From NCBI GenBank assembly GCA_053919585.1, contig CM132803.1: DNA of 64,000 nucleotides; one strand, 5' to 3'. Below, piece by piece: positions 46,200-59,292 of the stretch; the first letter of the stretch is position 1; the number at the start of each line of letters is the position of its first letter. The notes under the pieces are model-generated. The model was not told the origin of the DNA. It saw nothing but the letters and a program-made list of their open reading frames with translations, and made no database searches. The stretch comes from Euprymna scolopes (lineage: Eukaryota). Both the position numbers and the translations under genes were made by a program.

Positions 46200-48625
46200 A
46201 TTGCAAAGGTGAAATAACCGCAGCGAAGAGAAGGCATACCAAAGTGACCAGAAAACCCACTTAGTCACATAAATTAGAAACTCATGATTTCTGGAAAATT
46301 TATAATAGTGCAGTGAATAATGAGTAATGAACACTTCTCCACACTATCCACTAACCATGAGGTCACTTGCATGGCAACCAAGAAGGTTGAACTGCTGATT
46401 CAGTAGTTCACCTTCAATTCCTCCCTATACCCCACAAACCACTCCCCAATTTCTCATTGCAAACAGAAGCCACACTTGATGATCTTAAAATCATCTCTTC
46501 TCATGTTTGTGTTGTCATAAAAAAACGTGGATGCCTTGAAGGTGTGTGAGCCTGATTTTATCCCAACTATGCCAAAAAGAAATGCTTTGCTGAGCTAGCC
46601 CACGTTTTCTTCAGTAAATATTGTTTCTTTGATAACTAGAAAATTTCCTCTATGATACTAGTATTCAAGAATTCTGGTGAAAGAACTGACCCACTCAATT
46701 ATCACCACATCAGTCTCCTCTTCTCCTCTTCACTAAAATCTTTGAGTCATTAATCAATCAAGCGCTGGTTCACCACTTCGTAAATGCTAAACATCTTTCT
46801 GACAGACAGTATCGATTTAGGCAATCCTATCTCTACTGCGGATATCCTCTCCATTCATCCTTGAACATATATACCATGTACTGGATAAGGCAGAGGACAC
46901 TATGGCGGTAGCTCTTGATATCTCCAAAGCCTCTGACAAGATCTGGCATGAAGGTCTTCTCATGAAAATAAAATCATATGTTATGACTGGATAAATACTT
47001 AATATAATCAGATTCTAGAAAAAAGTCCAGATTGTCCTCGATGGCTGTACATCCAAACAACATGATATAAATGCAGGTGTGCCTCAGGGATCGGTCCTTA
47101 GATCTTTATTATTCCTAGTATTCATAAACGACCTCCATTATAAAATTATGAGTATATTTGCTGATGACACCATGCTCTATAATAGATCTACATATCTATA
47201 AAAGTGAAATTGTCTGTCTGTGTGTGCATACATTTCCCTACAAAATTACTCTGTCAATTTTCAGTCTACAGACTCAAGATTTGACATAAGGGATATTGAG
47301 ATTTGGGAAAAGCTTTACAATCAGTTTTCGGCCAGAAATTTGACTGTCGATGAGTCAAAGTTCAATGATTTGACCTTGGAAAACTCTACCAAACTCCTCT
47401 GCCAATTTTGGGTCTAAACACTTGAAATTTTAGATGTAGGTTACTTGAACATGCATCTAACTTTTTTATTTGATTTGAACCCAAAAGAATAAATGTTAAG
47501 GGGTCAAAATTAGGGTCAAAGTTTTTTTTAAATTTGACCTCTGCGGTCTCTACCAAATTACTCAGCCAATTTTTGGTCTGAATATTTGAAATTTTACATA
47601 AAGTGTATCCAGACATAGGGCAAGCTTTTTAATTGGTTTAATTAATTTTGCTGCCAAGGGGTCAAAGTTCAAAAGATTTTACCTTTGTGGTCTCTAGCAA
47701 ACTACTCAGCCAATTTTGGGTTTAAACATTTGAAATTTTACATAAAGGGTATTCAGATACGCAGCAAGCTTTTTAATCGATTTTGGTTGAAAATTTGACT
47801 GCTAAGAGGTCAAAGTTGAAAGAGTTGACCATTGCAGACTCTATCAAATTCCTCCGACAATTTTGGGTCTAAACACTTGAAATTTTAGATGTAGGTTACC
47901 TGGACATGAGTCAAACTTTTTAATATATATATACATATGCACATAAAGTTATGAACAGTACACAGGGCCCGAGCAAAGCCGGGTTGAACTGCTAGTATGG
48001 AAGAAAAATGAATACACACATATCTGAGGTAATGGGTGAAACCTTAGAATACAATCTCCAGTCTGTAATGGGGATGTAAATAGATGGCAACATTTAATGC
48101 TACTAAGACAAATCTTCTTTCCTTTAACAGATAAAAGAAACCTAATCAATCATCAATTACCATGACTAATAACTCTTTGCTTGTGAATTCATTATCGAAA
48201 CTCCTCGGTTTAACATTCACAGGTAACATTAATTGAAACCAATACATTGTAAACACTGCCAAAGCTGCTGCAAAGAAGGTGGGCTCCTTTTACCATGCTA
48301 GAAAACTTCTTACACCTGCCAGTATCCTGTATCTCTTCAAAGCCACCATCCACCCATGCATGGAATATTGTTGGTGTTGGTGGATTTACCACTTGTCTCT
48401 CCTTTTTAGACAGAGTTCAAAAATGAGTTTCCAATCTAATAAGTCCTACACTGTCCAGCCAAGCTGTAACTCCTGTCCCATCGCCACAAAGTTGTATCCT
48501 TGTACTTATTTTACAAGCACTTTAATCGAATGTGCTCTGATGACCTCATAGCAAGTGTGCCCTCTCAACGTAAATATCCCCGACTAAGCTAATACAGAGA
48601 AAAAAATCCGCCCTTTCACTGTAGA
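46200..48625 (+). mobile_element. Old CR1/L2-group LINE interrupted by a Helitron
   Basis: ALDISKASDKIWH, GVPQGSVL and IFADDT; resumes after 47996; PCMEYCW. Confidence 0.8.
47187..47995 (+). mobile_element. Non-autonomous Helitron-type element
   Basis: A|TC start, gcccgagcaaagccgggt hairpin, CTAG|T, no TSD. Confidence 0.85.
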
Positions 48626-48629
48626 GATC

Positions 48630-48823
48630 ACTGGATTTCAAATGGAACCCTCAAAAATCCACAAGAGTATCATGCTCTTGTTTCGTGAGGTATGACTGGG
48701 TAGAAGTCTTAAGTAATTTGCACAAGAGCCTGTTATGTAACAAATAAAGTGACACTCTTCTGGAGGTAGAAGGTTCAATACTCAGTGTGGGTGATACTAA
48801 GAATACAATTGTGAATTACTTAA
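48630..48823. mobile_element. tRNA-headed SINE fragments in inverted arrangement
   Basis: 48630-48722(-) is the mid/tail part and 48747-48823(+) is the head part. Confidence 0.7.
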
Positions 48824-49464
48824 TCATTAACACTTTTTAATGAAAATTATCACTCCTCATCTCAAAAATTCTGAAACTTATTATTGGCTCACAAGGAGCT
48901 TTCACACAGCTCATCAAAGATCTCTCCTTGAATACAGCCTGTGGTGTTCCCTGGAAGCTGAGTGACAACAAGTCTCCCCAGATTTCCAGTACTCTCCACC
49001 TCTTTCGATAACATTAGCAAATAAATTTGCATTATCGCAACAGCTGCTGGCCATTGATTTCTCGTTGGCAGCAACCATTGGTCTTCACTGGAATTTGAGT
49101 GGCAATAAGCCTCCCCAAAGGTCCCAGTTCTTTTCGCACTTATACAGCGGAGGTCTGGTCAGTGCTCACTACTCGGTCTTTCCTTCCTCCTTGACTGCTT
49201 GGCTATTTGGTCTCACTCTTTTTTTTTTAGGGGTGGGAGGGGGGCAGTAATATGGTAACATTATGGAAGGAGGTAGTAATATGGTAATATTATGGTGGGG
49301 ATGAAGTTAGAGAACTTATAGGTATGCAGCTTCAATGTTCTTGGTTCCATGTAGCGCTTCATGTTTTGTGTCTGCGGCAGTTTGTCTGGCCTGTGCTTGT
49401 GGTTCGTGTGTGTTAGTCTCCACATTCAAGGGTTTTCCTTAATATTTCAGCTGTTTTCATTATT

Positions 49465-49650
49465 GTTCCTATTTACAATGTCTCCCCACGGGACAGAGTT
49501 TGACACCAGGGTCGTTTTTTAATGTGGAGAAAAGGAACAAAAATAAAAATTGTCTCAGTCGTGAAGGACCTTCAGTCCACTGACAGAGAACAAGAAATTG
49601 AAGTGCAGCCTCTGAGGAACAGATACTACACTTTGATCTTGACCCGAAAT
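49465..49650 (-). mobile_element. U2-headed SINE-like element
   Basis: Minus: gggtcaagatcaaagtgtagtatctgttcc plus family body and tail. Confidence 0.75.
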
Positions 49651-49827
49651 AGTTTTCATTATTGTTGTTCGTTNNNNNNNNNNNNNNNNNNNNNNNNNNN
49701 NNNNNNNNNNNNNNNNNNNNNNNNNNNNNNNNNNNNNNNNNNNNNNNNNNNNNNNNNNNNNNNNNNNNNNNNNNNNNNNNNNNNNNNNNNNNNNNNNNNN
49801 NNNACTATCACTTCATCGTTTAATCGT

Positions 49828-50758
49828 TAAGTTATTACTTAAACCAATTGACTAGAAAAAAGTGCAGTACCTGTTCTAATGCTACACTTACTCTATTTTG
49901 TTCTCAATCAGTGAAGGAAAAATCCTTCTAGAGTAAGGCAATTTTTATTTTTGTTCTAATCCTGAGTGTCTCTTTTGGGGGAATTGGACTTTTCTCCCGT
50001 GTTAAAAACTGATTTTGCATCTTCACCCTAGTGGGGAAGGCAAGTAAATAGGAAGTATGACTACCTGTTGTTACAGTAATGTTGCTTTAAAATGTGAATG
50101 GCTTCCAAAACATTCATTCTTTTAATAGATATGGATTTTGTTAAGAAATTTAAAGCGGGTTTAAATGATGTTATATTCGGCAGTTTAAATGCTTCCAAAT
50201 CCAAATTCCTTTCATATTTTGAACTGTCATGAAATAATTGTTTTTCTTGGCAGAGTAATTACTAACAAAAGATTAAAATGACTGATTTGTTTCCAAATAA
50301 ACCAAAATGCATTCTGATGGATTTAATTGTGTGAAAAAAATTTTTTTTTTTCGTGTTATTTGGATTCTTTGGACTACTGTTCTCATCTTGAGTTTTATGT
50401 TTTACAATGTTTTGGTCGATGTAACGTCCAACCTGCTGGTGTATCTTGTCGAATTCAGGAATTTTTCTGCCGAACTCAGAAATCTGCACAGAATTTCGAA
50501 CGGAGTCCTTTTTTAATTCACGAGGGTAGTCATAATTTCTATTTACTTGCCTCCCCACGAGGGCGAAGATACAAGGTCAGTTTTTAATGTGAGGAAAACT
50601 CCAGTTCTCCCAAAAGAGACACTCAGGATTAGAACAAAAATGAAAATTGCCTTACTCTAGAAGGATTTTTCCTTCGCTAATTGAGAACAGAATAGAGTAA
50701 GTGTAGCATTAGAACAGGTACTCCACTTTTTTCTAGCTAATTGGTTTAAGTAATAACT
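49828..50758. repeat. Inverted pair (~235-bp arms) of U2-family bodies
   Basis: 49828-50065 and 50525-50758 are reverse-complement homologs. Confidence 0.9.
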
Positions 50759-50904
50759 AGGGCTGTAACAACAGCATATTCTTTTTATCGTTTTGACTCT
50801 TGAGTATATATCCGTTAATATCTTATATGTTTTTATATAGACTGATCTGGTTGTCGGTTGATTTGAGTGTGTCTGTGTCGGATATATACTCGGTCACAGC
50901 CCTA
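50758..50904. mobile_element. hAT MITE (internally shortened)
   Basis: TAGGGCTGT...ACAGCCCTA; same family as 42556-42729. Confidence 0.8.
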
Positions 50905-51231
50905 GTAATTTTATTTGCACTTTTAAATAATTGATTAATAGTAAAGAGAAACACACACACACCCATCTAAACACACGAAAATGGTCGCATTAATCAACTC
51001 TATTAATATATCAAATATAGATGTTGCAAAAACGTTTAACCCGACTCCCATGAAACAACAACATTAAAAATGAAAGAACATTTTATAAACGAGAAAGGTT
51101 CAATTTTTTCCCCCGTTCGTGCAGTTTTGTTTTATGGTAATGTGCTCACGTGACTTCGATGCAACCTTTCCCCACATTTCACCCTTTCATACCCGATCAT
51201 TTTATTCTCTGTCAAACAATTTTATTTTTCC

Positions 51232-51305
<74 letters not shown>

Positions 51306-51754
51306 TTGATAATCCTTATTTCTATATCACTATATTATTAAAATTGCGTGACCACTTTTTTGCGTGCATGTGTGTGTGCGTTTGTGTGTGTATGTGTGCG
51401 CGTGTCTGTACGTGTGCGCAGGTCAGAGGCCCTGTGTCAACGTAACTTTGATAATTACACTTCGACTAATTTTGTTTATTCATCATTAATTGAATATTAT
51501 TTATTTAAATAAAAAAATGCATCGAATAGAACATTTTTAAAATCCTATTTTAAAACTAATTAAAAATAAACAAATAAATCCGCCAGAATGCATTTCGGTT
51601 TATTTGTAAACATATGCGTTTCATTTTATTTTTATTTTGTTATTAATAGTACATTATTACTAGTTAACAACAACAACAAAAAATAATTACCTGAAACTTG
51701 AAAGGAATTTAGAAGCATTTACACTGTCGAATATGAAGTCAATTAAACTGGTTT

Positions 51755-51785
<31 letters not shown>

Positions 51786-53076
51786 GGTAATCTTCATTAC
51801 TTTACAAAATAGAGAATAAAACAACGCAACAGTAACAAAAAGTATTTAAGATTTTATGATAATTTGGTTATGGTCTAATTTAATTTAGTTTAATTTAATT
51901 TAAGGACCAAACGATGCCTTATAATAAATAAATAAATAAATAAATTCTTATTGAGTCGTCTTCTTAAATAATCAAATTCTATCATCGTTACTAATTTTCG
52001 AGGGAATTTTAATACTTATCCTCGAGTGACATTAGACCTAGATATGCGTGACCCGTTAAGGTAATAACCATGTAACTGTCAAAATCGTATATTAAAAATA
52101 ATAATTGACTTTTTTTTTTTTTCAGGATTAGAACGAAAATGGAAATTTGGAATTTCAATTAAAACCAATGGGATCTGCTTAATTGTCATGTCGAAATTAG
52201 TACAATGTCCAAAAATTGTGAAAAATGATGAAGCAGAAAATTGAATTATTAATGAAAATAATTTTCGAATGCAAATTGTAAGTTATGCTTAAATAATTAA
52301 CAGCATAAACAGGGGATGTAACTAGAGTATGTCTTGTTAGATTCCCCACCTCCACCCCACCCCAAAAATGATGACGATCAATAGATCGTGAAATCGTGAA
52401 AATACGTGTTCTATGTAAAAATATAGTAATATGTTAGTAATTAAGTAGATAACATTTGCTTATAATGGCAATTCAATTTTATGTATTCTAATTTTCATTC
52501 TTAAAGCCTAGTTAAATAATGTTTAAAAAAAAAAAAAAAGGAAAATGAAAATTTTTTAAAAAATTAAAAAAAAAAAAAAAAAACTCCGGCCAACACAAGG
52601 TATATATAGCAAAATTAATGGTAAATAAATAAATATCAACTAACTAACACTAACATATATTATTTATTTTTAATATGTACTTTTATTATTTTAAACTAAC
52701 TACACACTCTAGAACGAGGAATTATTATTATTATTATTACTACATAATATTAAAACTAAAATTACTTTTAATCAATTAATCGATAAAAAAATTTAAAAAA
52801 AAAAAAAAAAAGTCATCGTCCGGTCGGAGGAGGGCTGAAATCGATGCAATTCCGTATTTTTACAAAGAGAAAACATAAAGTACTTTGGCAATGTGACGTC
52901 ACTGGAAGCAGGTGCGAGTGGATATTTTTTCAGCAAAAAAAAAAATCGAGAGAAAAAAAGAAGCAATTCCAGTTAAATAATATCGATAATCGTGGTATTT
53001 CCTGCCCTTTTCCGCACCTCTTCGTACCTCGTTTTCAATTTTTATCGTTTTATTAGATTACTAGACCCGTTGGGTC

Positions 53077-53150
<74 letters not shown>

Positions 53151-54166
53151 ATATTTAGAGAATTAAAAGTAAGAGAAAAAGAAAAAACATAGAAAAGATC
53201 GTTTTTCGCAATTTTCGTCTCTTTTTATGTTTAAAAAAATCAGTAAAAAAAAAAAGCGAATAAAGAATTTCTCTGGCTGAAGATTTGAGGAGAGAGAATA
53301 GGGTTGGGGAAATTGGCGGATGACGGATGAGGCCGAGAAAGAATGATGGCATTTTTTCGCGCACTTCTCCCAAGAACGAACGTGCCATAGACACCCTCCT
53401 CCCTCTCCAACCCCCTACCTGCGACTTGACATCTGAATAATCAAATTATAAGTTTTTGATATAAGTAAATTAACCTTGATTTTTTTTAATATATATATTG
53501 ATTTCATCGATACAATTGAAATAAATTCTAATTTATTTTTAAGTTTAGGAATTCAGAAGTAAATATATTGCTCGCTACAAAAGTACAGTACAGTACAATA
53601 GATACATATTGCAAAATACAAAATACATATGAAACGGCACATACAAACATACGNNNNNNNNNNNNNNNNNNNNNNNNNNNNNNNNNNNNNNNNNNNNNNN
53701 NNNNNNNNNNNNNNNNNNNNNNNNNNNNNNNNNNNNNNNNNNNNNNNNNNNNNNNNNNNNNNNNNNNNNNNNNNNNNNNNNNNNNNNNNNNNNNNNNNNN
53801 NNNNNNNNNNNNNNNNNNNNNNNNNNNNNNNNNNNNNNNNNNNNNNNNNNNNNNNNNNNNNNNNNNNNNNNNNNNNNNNNNNNNNNNNNNNNNNNNNNNN
53901 NNNCATTCATATAATGCACACAATATTTACACTGTATAAAGATATTTGTATGTTTCATTAACAATCAATTATTTCATTTTACTGCGTACATGTAAATTAT
54001 AAAATTAAATGTGTGTGTGTATGTGTGTGCGATTTTCCAGTCTTCTTTCAGAATTAGTTTTAATTAAAAACACAACTCCATTAAAATGAAACTCTCTTAC
54101 TAATATCTACTCGTCTGTGATTGACGCGAATAGGCAATGCTCATTGAACATACATACATACATACA

Positions 54167-54197
<31 letters not shown>

Positions 54198-54282
54198 CAC
54201 TCACATATATATATTACACACATACTAATAACACACACGTATATAATACATTACGCACACATATACACATACACATATAAGA

Positions 54283-54343
<61 letters not shown>

Positions 54344-54425
54344 GTTTTAAAAATGTATACTTATAATAATACAGACCTGTGTGACTGTCAAATTTTCAAA
54401 AAAAAAAAAAACGCATATATTTGTT

Positions 54426-54465
<40 letters not shown>

Positions 54466-56051
54466 ACGCACGTGTGATTGTGTGTTTATGGATAACTTCC
54501 GCAATATGGGTCGCCGGCATAGATATATAAAAAATGTGCAATTATATACATATACCTATATGTGTATATGTATGCTTGGGTGCATACATATCTATATGTG
54601 TATATATGTGTACATATGTATATATAAAAAATTAAATACGTTACTTAGATTGGTAAGTGGTAGGTAAAAAAACCACCAGGCAACTTGAGCAAGGGAGGTA
54701 ATGTGACTCACAGACAGACGAACTTGTGTTTTGCTTCGCTAAAAAAATGTTTTTTTCGATCTAAAGAGATTCAAAAATGTATGTGTGGAAAATGAGGACA
54801 CGGATACAACAAAATAGCACAGACTTGTTTTTTTATTCAATGGCTACCCGTAAAACAATAGACTTGTCACCGTCAAACAATATCCCAAGGTGCCATCTTT
54901 TTTTTATGCGTAAAAAACAACAGCAAAAATTAAAAGAATCATTCATTTTATTCGTCAAAAAAAATTCCATTTTCGTTGTATGGTTGTTTGGTCGGACATT
55001 TTTGTCATGGGGTATCATTTCAGACCTGACACCGGCTGCTTTGTCGTCTCTACATAAAAAATAAACGTTCGTTTTTTGTTTATTTATTTTTTGAATTGTA
55101 AATCAAGGAATATTCATGTAATTATAACGTCATTATTATTATATTTCTTATCAATTTTTCTTCTTTCTTTCTACAGAGAAGTGTTAAATTCCAGTCTAAA
55201 ACTATTTTCGTTTCGAAATTCTAAATACTTTTTTTTTTCGTTCTGCTAAACATCGTGAATGGCGTCTGCAAAATAATTAGCAGTTTTTTGCGCCAACCAC
55301 TAGAGTTATATTTTTTTTCTTCCAAAAAAAACAGAATTTTTTCTTTTCAGAAATATCGAAATTCAAAACAATTTCTGAAGTTAAATTTATAAATTAGTTT
55401 TGAAAACATTATAATTTATCAATCTTAAAAATGTAAGGGGGCATTATATTTTATTTTATTTCTTTTTTTTATTTAAATTTAAAAACCAATTGTAGTGGTT
55501 TCGTCTGGTATGTGAGGGAGGTGTGTTGCTCATCTTATAAAGACGTATTTTCCCCAAATCAGGAATGTGTGATTTTTTGGGGTTTTGTTTGTTTTTTGAT
55601 TTTGGTTTTTTTTTTGTTTTCTGTTTTTTTAAGCGAATGTATATTTATTATTTATCTGTTTCTTCGAATTTATTTCCTGCGTCTTTTATTTTTTTGTTTT
55701 TTTAAGCAGATAAAAAAATACGATATTATTCACTACAAAAAAATGTGTAAAAAAATGGATCTTTAAGATCCCTGTCATTAAAAATATTGTCACTCAGTTG
55801 CAGTTTAGCATCCCAAATTAATTGTTTTCATTTTAAAAGAGTTCCGTCGGCGCAGGCGCCTTCTAAATATCAGGAATGTTAAATTGTGCAAGAAGTACCA
55901 AAATGTATAAATTTAATTGATTTGTTTTTGTTTTATTTTTTATTTTTTTGTTTTGTTTTTTTATTGTTTTTTTTTTGTAAATAAAACAGTTCTTAAAAAT
56001 ATATTTTATTTTATTGGTTAACCTATTTGTTTTATATTTTCATGCTCTAAT

Positions 56052-56212
56052 GGTAAGTTTGGGAAAAGATGTTATAAATAATAAACTAGACAAAATACTA
56101 TTTAAAAAATACCGAATATATGTCAACTTATGTCACGGTAACATATAATGAGCGAATTTCTAACAGTATTTTGTCTAGTTTATTATTTATAACATCTTTT
56201 CCTGAACTTACC
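56052..56212. mobile_element. MITE-like inverted repeat (GGTAA termini, ~48-bp arms)
   Basis: ggtaagtttgggaaaagatgttataaataataaactagacaaaatact and its near-perfect reverse complement. Confidence 0.8.
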
Positions 56213-56549
56213 GTGTTAAAGAGAGTGTCGGGCGGCCGGGCGCCGTTTTGAATTTTACATCGGTAAACACTGTATGCTTTTCGAGCTGAATAAACATGTT
56301 ACATTGAATAAAAACACGAAAAATATATCCAGTTTGGTAGAAAAGTAACTTATCTTGCCTTTGATAAGATTTATTTGTTATATATTTGTTTTTGTTTTTT
56401 GACAACTTTTTTGAATCTATGTGTACAGTAATACAAACCCGAGATTTTGTTGCAGATATTGCTGGAAAAAGTTGGGCGCTTTTACACTATTGGGACGAGA
56501 TTTTGTAATCGATAATTGGAGTTTTCAGATTTAAAAAAAACGGTAAAAC

Positions 56550-56627
56550 TATACAAACACCGTGACAGCGAATTAACCCTACCCCTAACCCTAACCCTAA
56601 CTCTAACGCTGTCACGGTGTTTGTATA
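56550..56627. repeat. Perfect 21-bp inverted repeat enclosing telomeric hexamers
   Basis: tatacaaacaccgtgacagcg-[aattaaccctacccctaaccctaaccctaactctaa]-cgctgtcacggtgtttgtata. Confidence 0.95.
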
Positions 56628-57194
56628 ATAATACCAAAAAAACAATGGTTTTTTCAACTGATTTTTTTTTTTTTTTTTTTTTTGTCTATTCTAAAAAGTT
56701 ACAATGGTAGTTTCCAAATTATGCGGTCGAAATTAACTGAATATTACTGAATTATTTAAAAAAAAAAATTAATCGTGGTAGCAGGTGAAAATTGCTGCCA
56801 TCTTGTTTAAATCAAAACGGGAATTTACCTCGCTTGAACTCTCCTGTGTCTTACGATCGTTTTACCTTATCGATTTTCTTAATTTTTTTAAATGTATAAT
56901 CATCTAAAAAAAATACGATAAATATGGTTTTCATGTGAAATTCAGGATTACGATTTCCGAATTTTCGTTCTAATAGTGTAGAAGCGTCAAAAGTTGATAT
57001 GAATTTTCCTTCCAATAATGAAAGAAAATTCTTTAACCATCTATATTTATTACAAAAAAAGAAAAAAAGAAAAACATCTTTCAATTGGAGAGCAGAGCGC
57101 AGCCGCAGCGTCCAATGTAAAATAATCAATTATGCAAGTAACCTTTTTTTTTATGTCGTTTCTCATCAGACAAAAATATTGCTAACTGTCCGTT

Positions 57195-57252
57195 TTTGAC
57201 ACACGGACGTTCTGACACAGGACATTTTGACACACGGACATTTTGACACACA
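57195..57252. repeat. ~15-bp tandem repeat x4
   Basis: ttttgacacacggac units. Confidence 0.8.
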
Positions 57253-57532
57253 ATATTCCCCCCCCCCCTCTTCCTTCTTCCCCCAACATCCCGGGAAGAA
57301 TACAGATCAAATATGTCGAATTAATAAATGAAAGTACGTGTGTAGGTAACTTTAAACTCCGCCCTTTTAAATGTATTTGTTATTATTGGAAACAGATATA
57401 TAATTTAATTTTATTAAATTAATAACAATATATATATATTTGCGCACAGGTAAATCATCACTATCTCTAAAAAAAATGAGATTCTACTCTTTTTAGGCGG
57501 ATACGTGAACATAGAACTTGCTACCTCCTCAT

Positions 57533-57589
<57 letters not shown>

Positions 57590-57658
57590 TAAAACTGGTA
57601 ATTAATAAAAACTTGAAGAGAGTGCTCAATACTATTGCAGAGGCTGTGTTTTATTTTT

Positions 57659-58104
57659 GGTAAAATCCATTGAAAGCGGTCGGTGGTTAAAATAAAGCTG
57701 TGTACGCATTATAAATGTTTCTTTTCTGTATCTTACGTTATACATTAGTACATTAGGGGTCATTTCGAGTTAAAAGTTTATTTACTGCACTCATCTGGAC
57801 TGGAGAAAATCATGATTTAAATGTGATCTCATTTCGGTTTCCGGTACGCGGTACGCTCGATCTGACTTTTTGATCACCCGTCTGGTCGGCCATATCAGAG
57901 AATTATCGTTAGTTATTTAGACGAGACATACACATTTAAATCATGATTTTCTCCAGTCCAGATGAGTGCAGTAAATAAACTTTTAACTCGAAATGACCCC
58001 TAATGTACTAATGTATAACGTAAGATACAGAAAAGAAACATTTATAATGCGTACACAGCTTTATTTTCTCATAGAACCACCAACCGCTTTCAATGGATTT
58101 TACC
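57659..58104. mobile_element. Young foldback/Merlin-like MITE
   Basis: ~167-bp TIRs (about 135 bp apparently perfect), GGTAA termini, 8-bp TSD ttattttt. Confidence 0.85.
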
Positions 58105-58133
58105 TTATTTTTTTATTACCGTTTTATCAGTTT

Positions 58134-58190
58134 GGCTACATATGTTTCCGATGTTGGATCATGTTTACGATCCGACAGCTTCGTCAGGTC
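58134..58190 (-). ncRNA. Hammerhead motif with long stem II
   Basis: Minus: gac-CTGACGA-agcTGTCGGATC..GATCCAACAtcg-GAAA-CATATG-TA-gcc. Confidence 0.6.
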
Positions 58191-58237
58191 TCGCAGAAGT
58201 GGTTGTTAGTCATTGGTAAAAAAGCTGTTTTCTTTTT

Positions 58238-58330
<93 letters not shown>

Positions 58331-58835
58331 GGTACTCGGTAAAAATGGCACCGGTAAAAAGAGCATCGAAAACATGACACCGGTAAAAATGGCAAAAGTG
58401 ATTAATTTAATGGCACTTTGAAACAACGGAAAAGTAGGACGTGAAGTGCAGGCTAAGCTCATATTAAAATAGAGCCAAGCTGTCTTAGTTTTAGTTGGGG
58501 GTAGGTTTGGTTAGGTTCAAATTTTGTATAAGCACCGAAAGAAATAATTATAACGTTTTATTTAATACTTATTTATCATAAATATTTATGTATAATAATC
58601 TAAAAAAAAAAAAAAAAGTCTAAATAAAAGTTTACTGTTGCTTTATTTACCCAAATTCAATTTATGTTTTAAGTCTTGAAAATGTAAACTTAATCCAATG
58701 ATTTAATCGCTGGCTTTTAATTTTCTTGCATCAACACAATTTTTACTTGTTAAAAAAAACCTGTATTATACACAAAACTGGAAAAATTGATTTACTAATT
58801 TACATTTACAAATAGTCAAATAAAACTTTTTTAGC

Positions 58836-59292
58836 ACTTGTACAATCAAGACATTAAAAAATGAAAATATCGAAGAAAAAAAAAAAAGGTTATATTCTAC
58901 GTATCCGTTTTGGACTGAAGATCTCCGAAAAACTTTTTCATTTAATTTGATCGAGTACTTTTTTTTTACAGAGGAAAAACACATTTTTATGAGAACGTGT
59001 TGAAGTCAGCCATTGTGGAAATTTTTAACACGCCACGAGGAGATAACTCCACGTAAAGCGCTGACACTGAACACTCCCTCCCCATCTTTATTACTAAAAA
59101 TCTTCTTCCTAAAAATCGAACCTTTTGCTCGGTATCATAACAAATTGTTTTTTCGCTGTAAAAAAAAAAAAACTACTTGATGAAATGAGTGAAATCTTTT
59201 TTTAGGAGAACTTTGTTCCATAACGGATACGTACAACATAACCTTTTTTTGGATATTTTCATTTTTTAATGTCTTGATTAAACTGTACAAGT
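58836..59292. mobile_element. MITE-like element with ~100-bp imperfect TIRs
   Basis: aatcaagacattaaaaaatgaaaatatc..aaggttat..tacgtatccgtt versus its reverse complement at 59190-59292. Confidence 0.7.

Noticed and set aside
286-53964. ORFs containing long X runs and low-complexity ORFs (YIYI, CVCV, LSLS, HTHT)
   Set aside because: Produced by assembly gaps and microsatellites.
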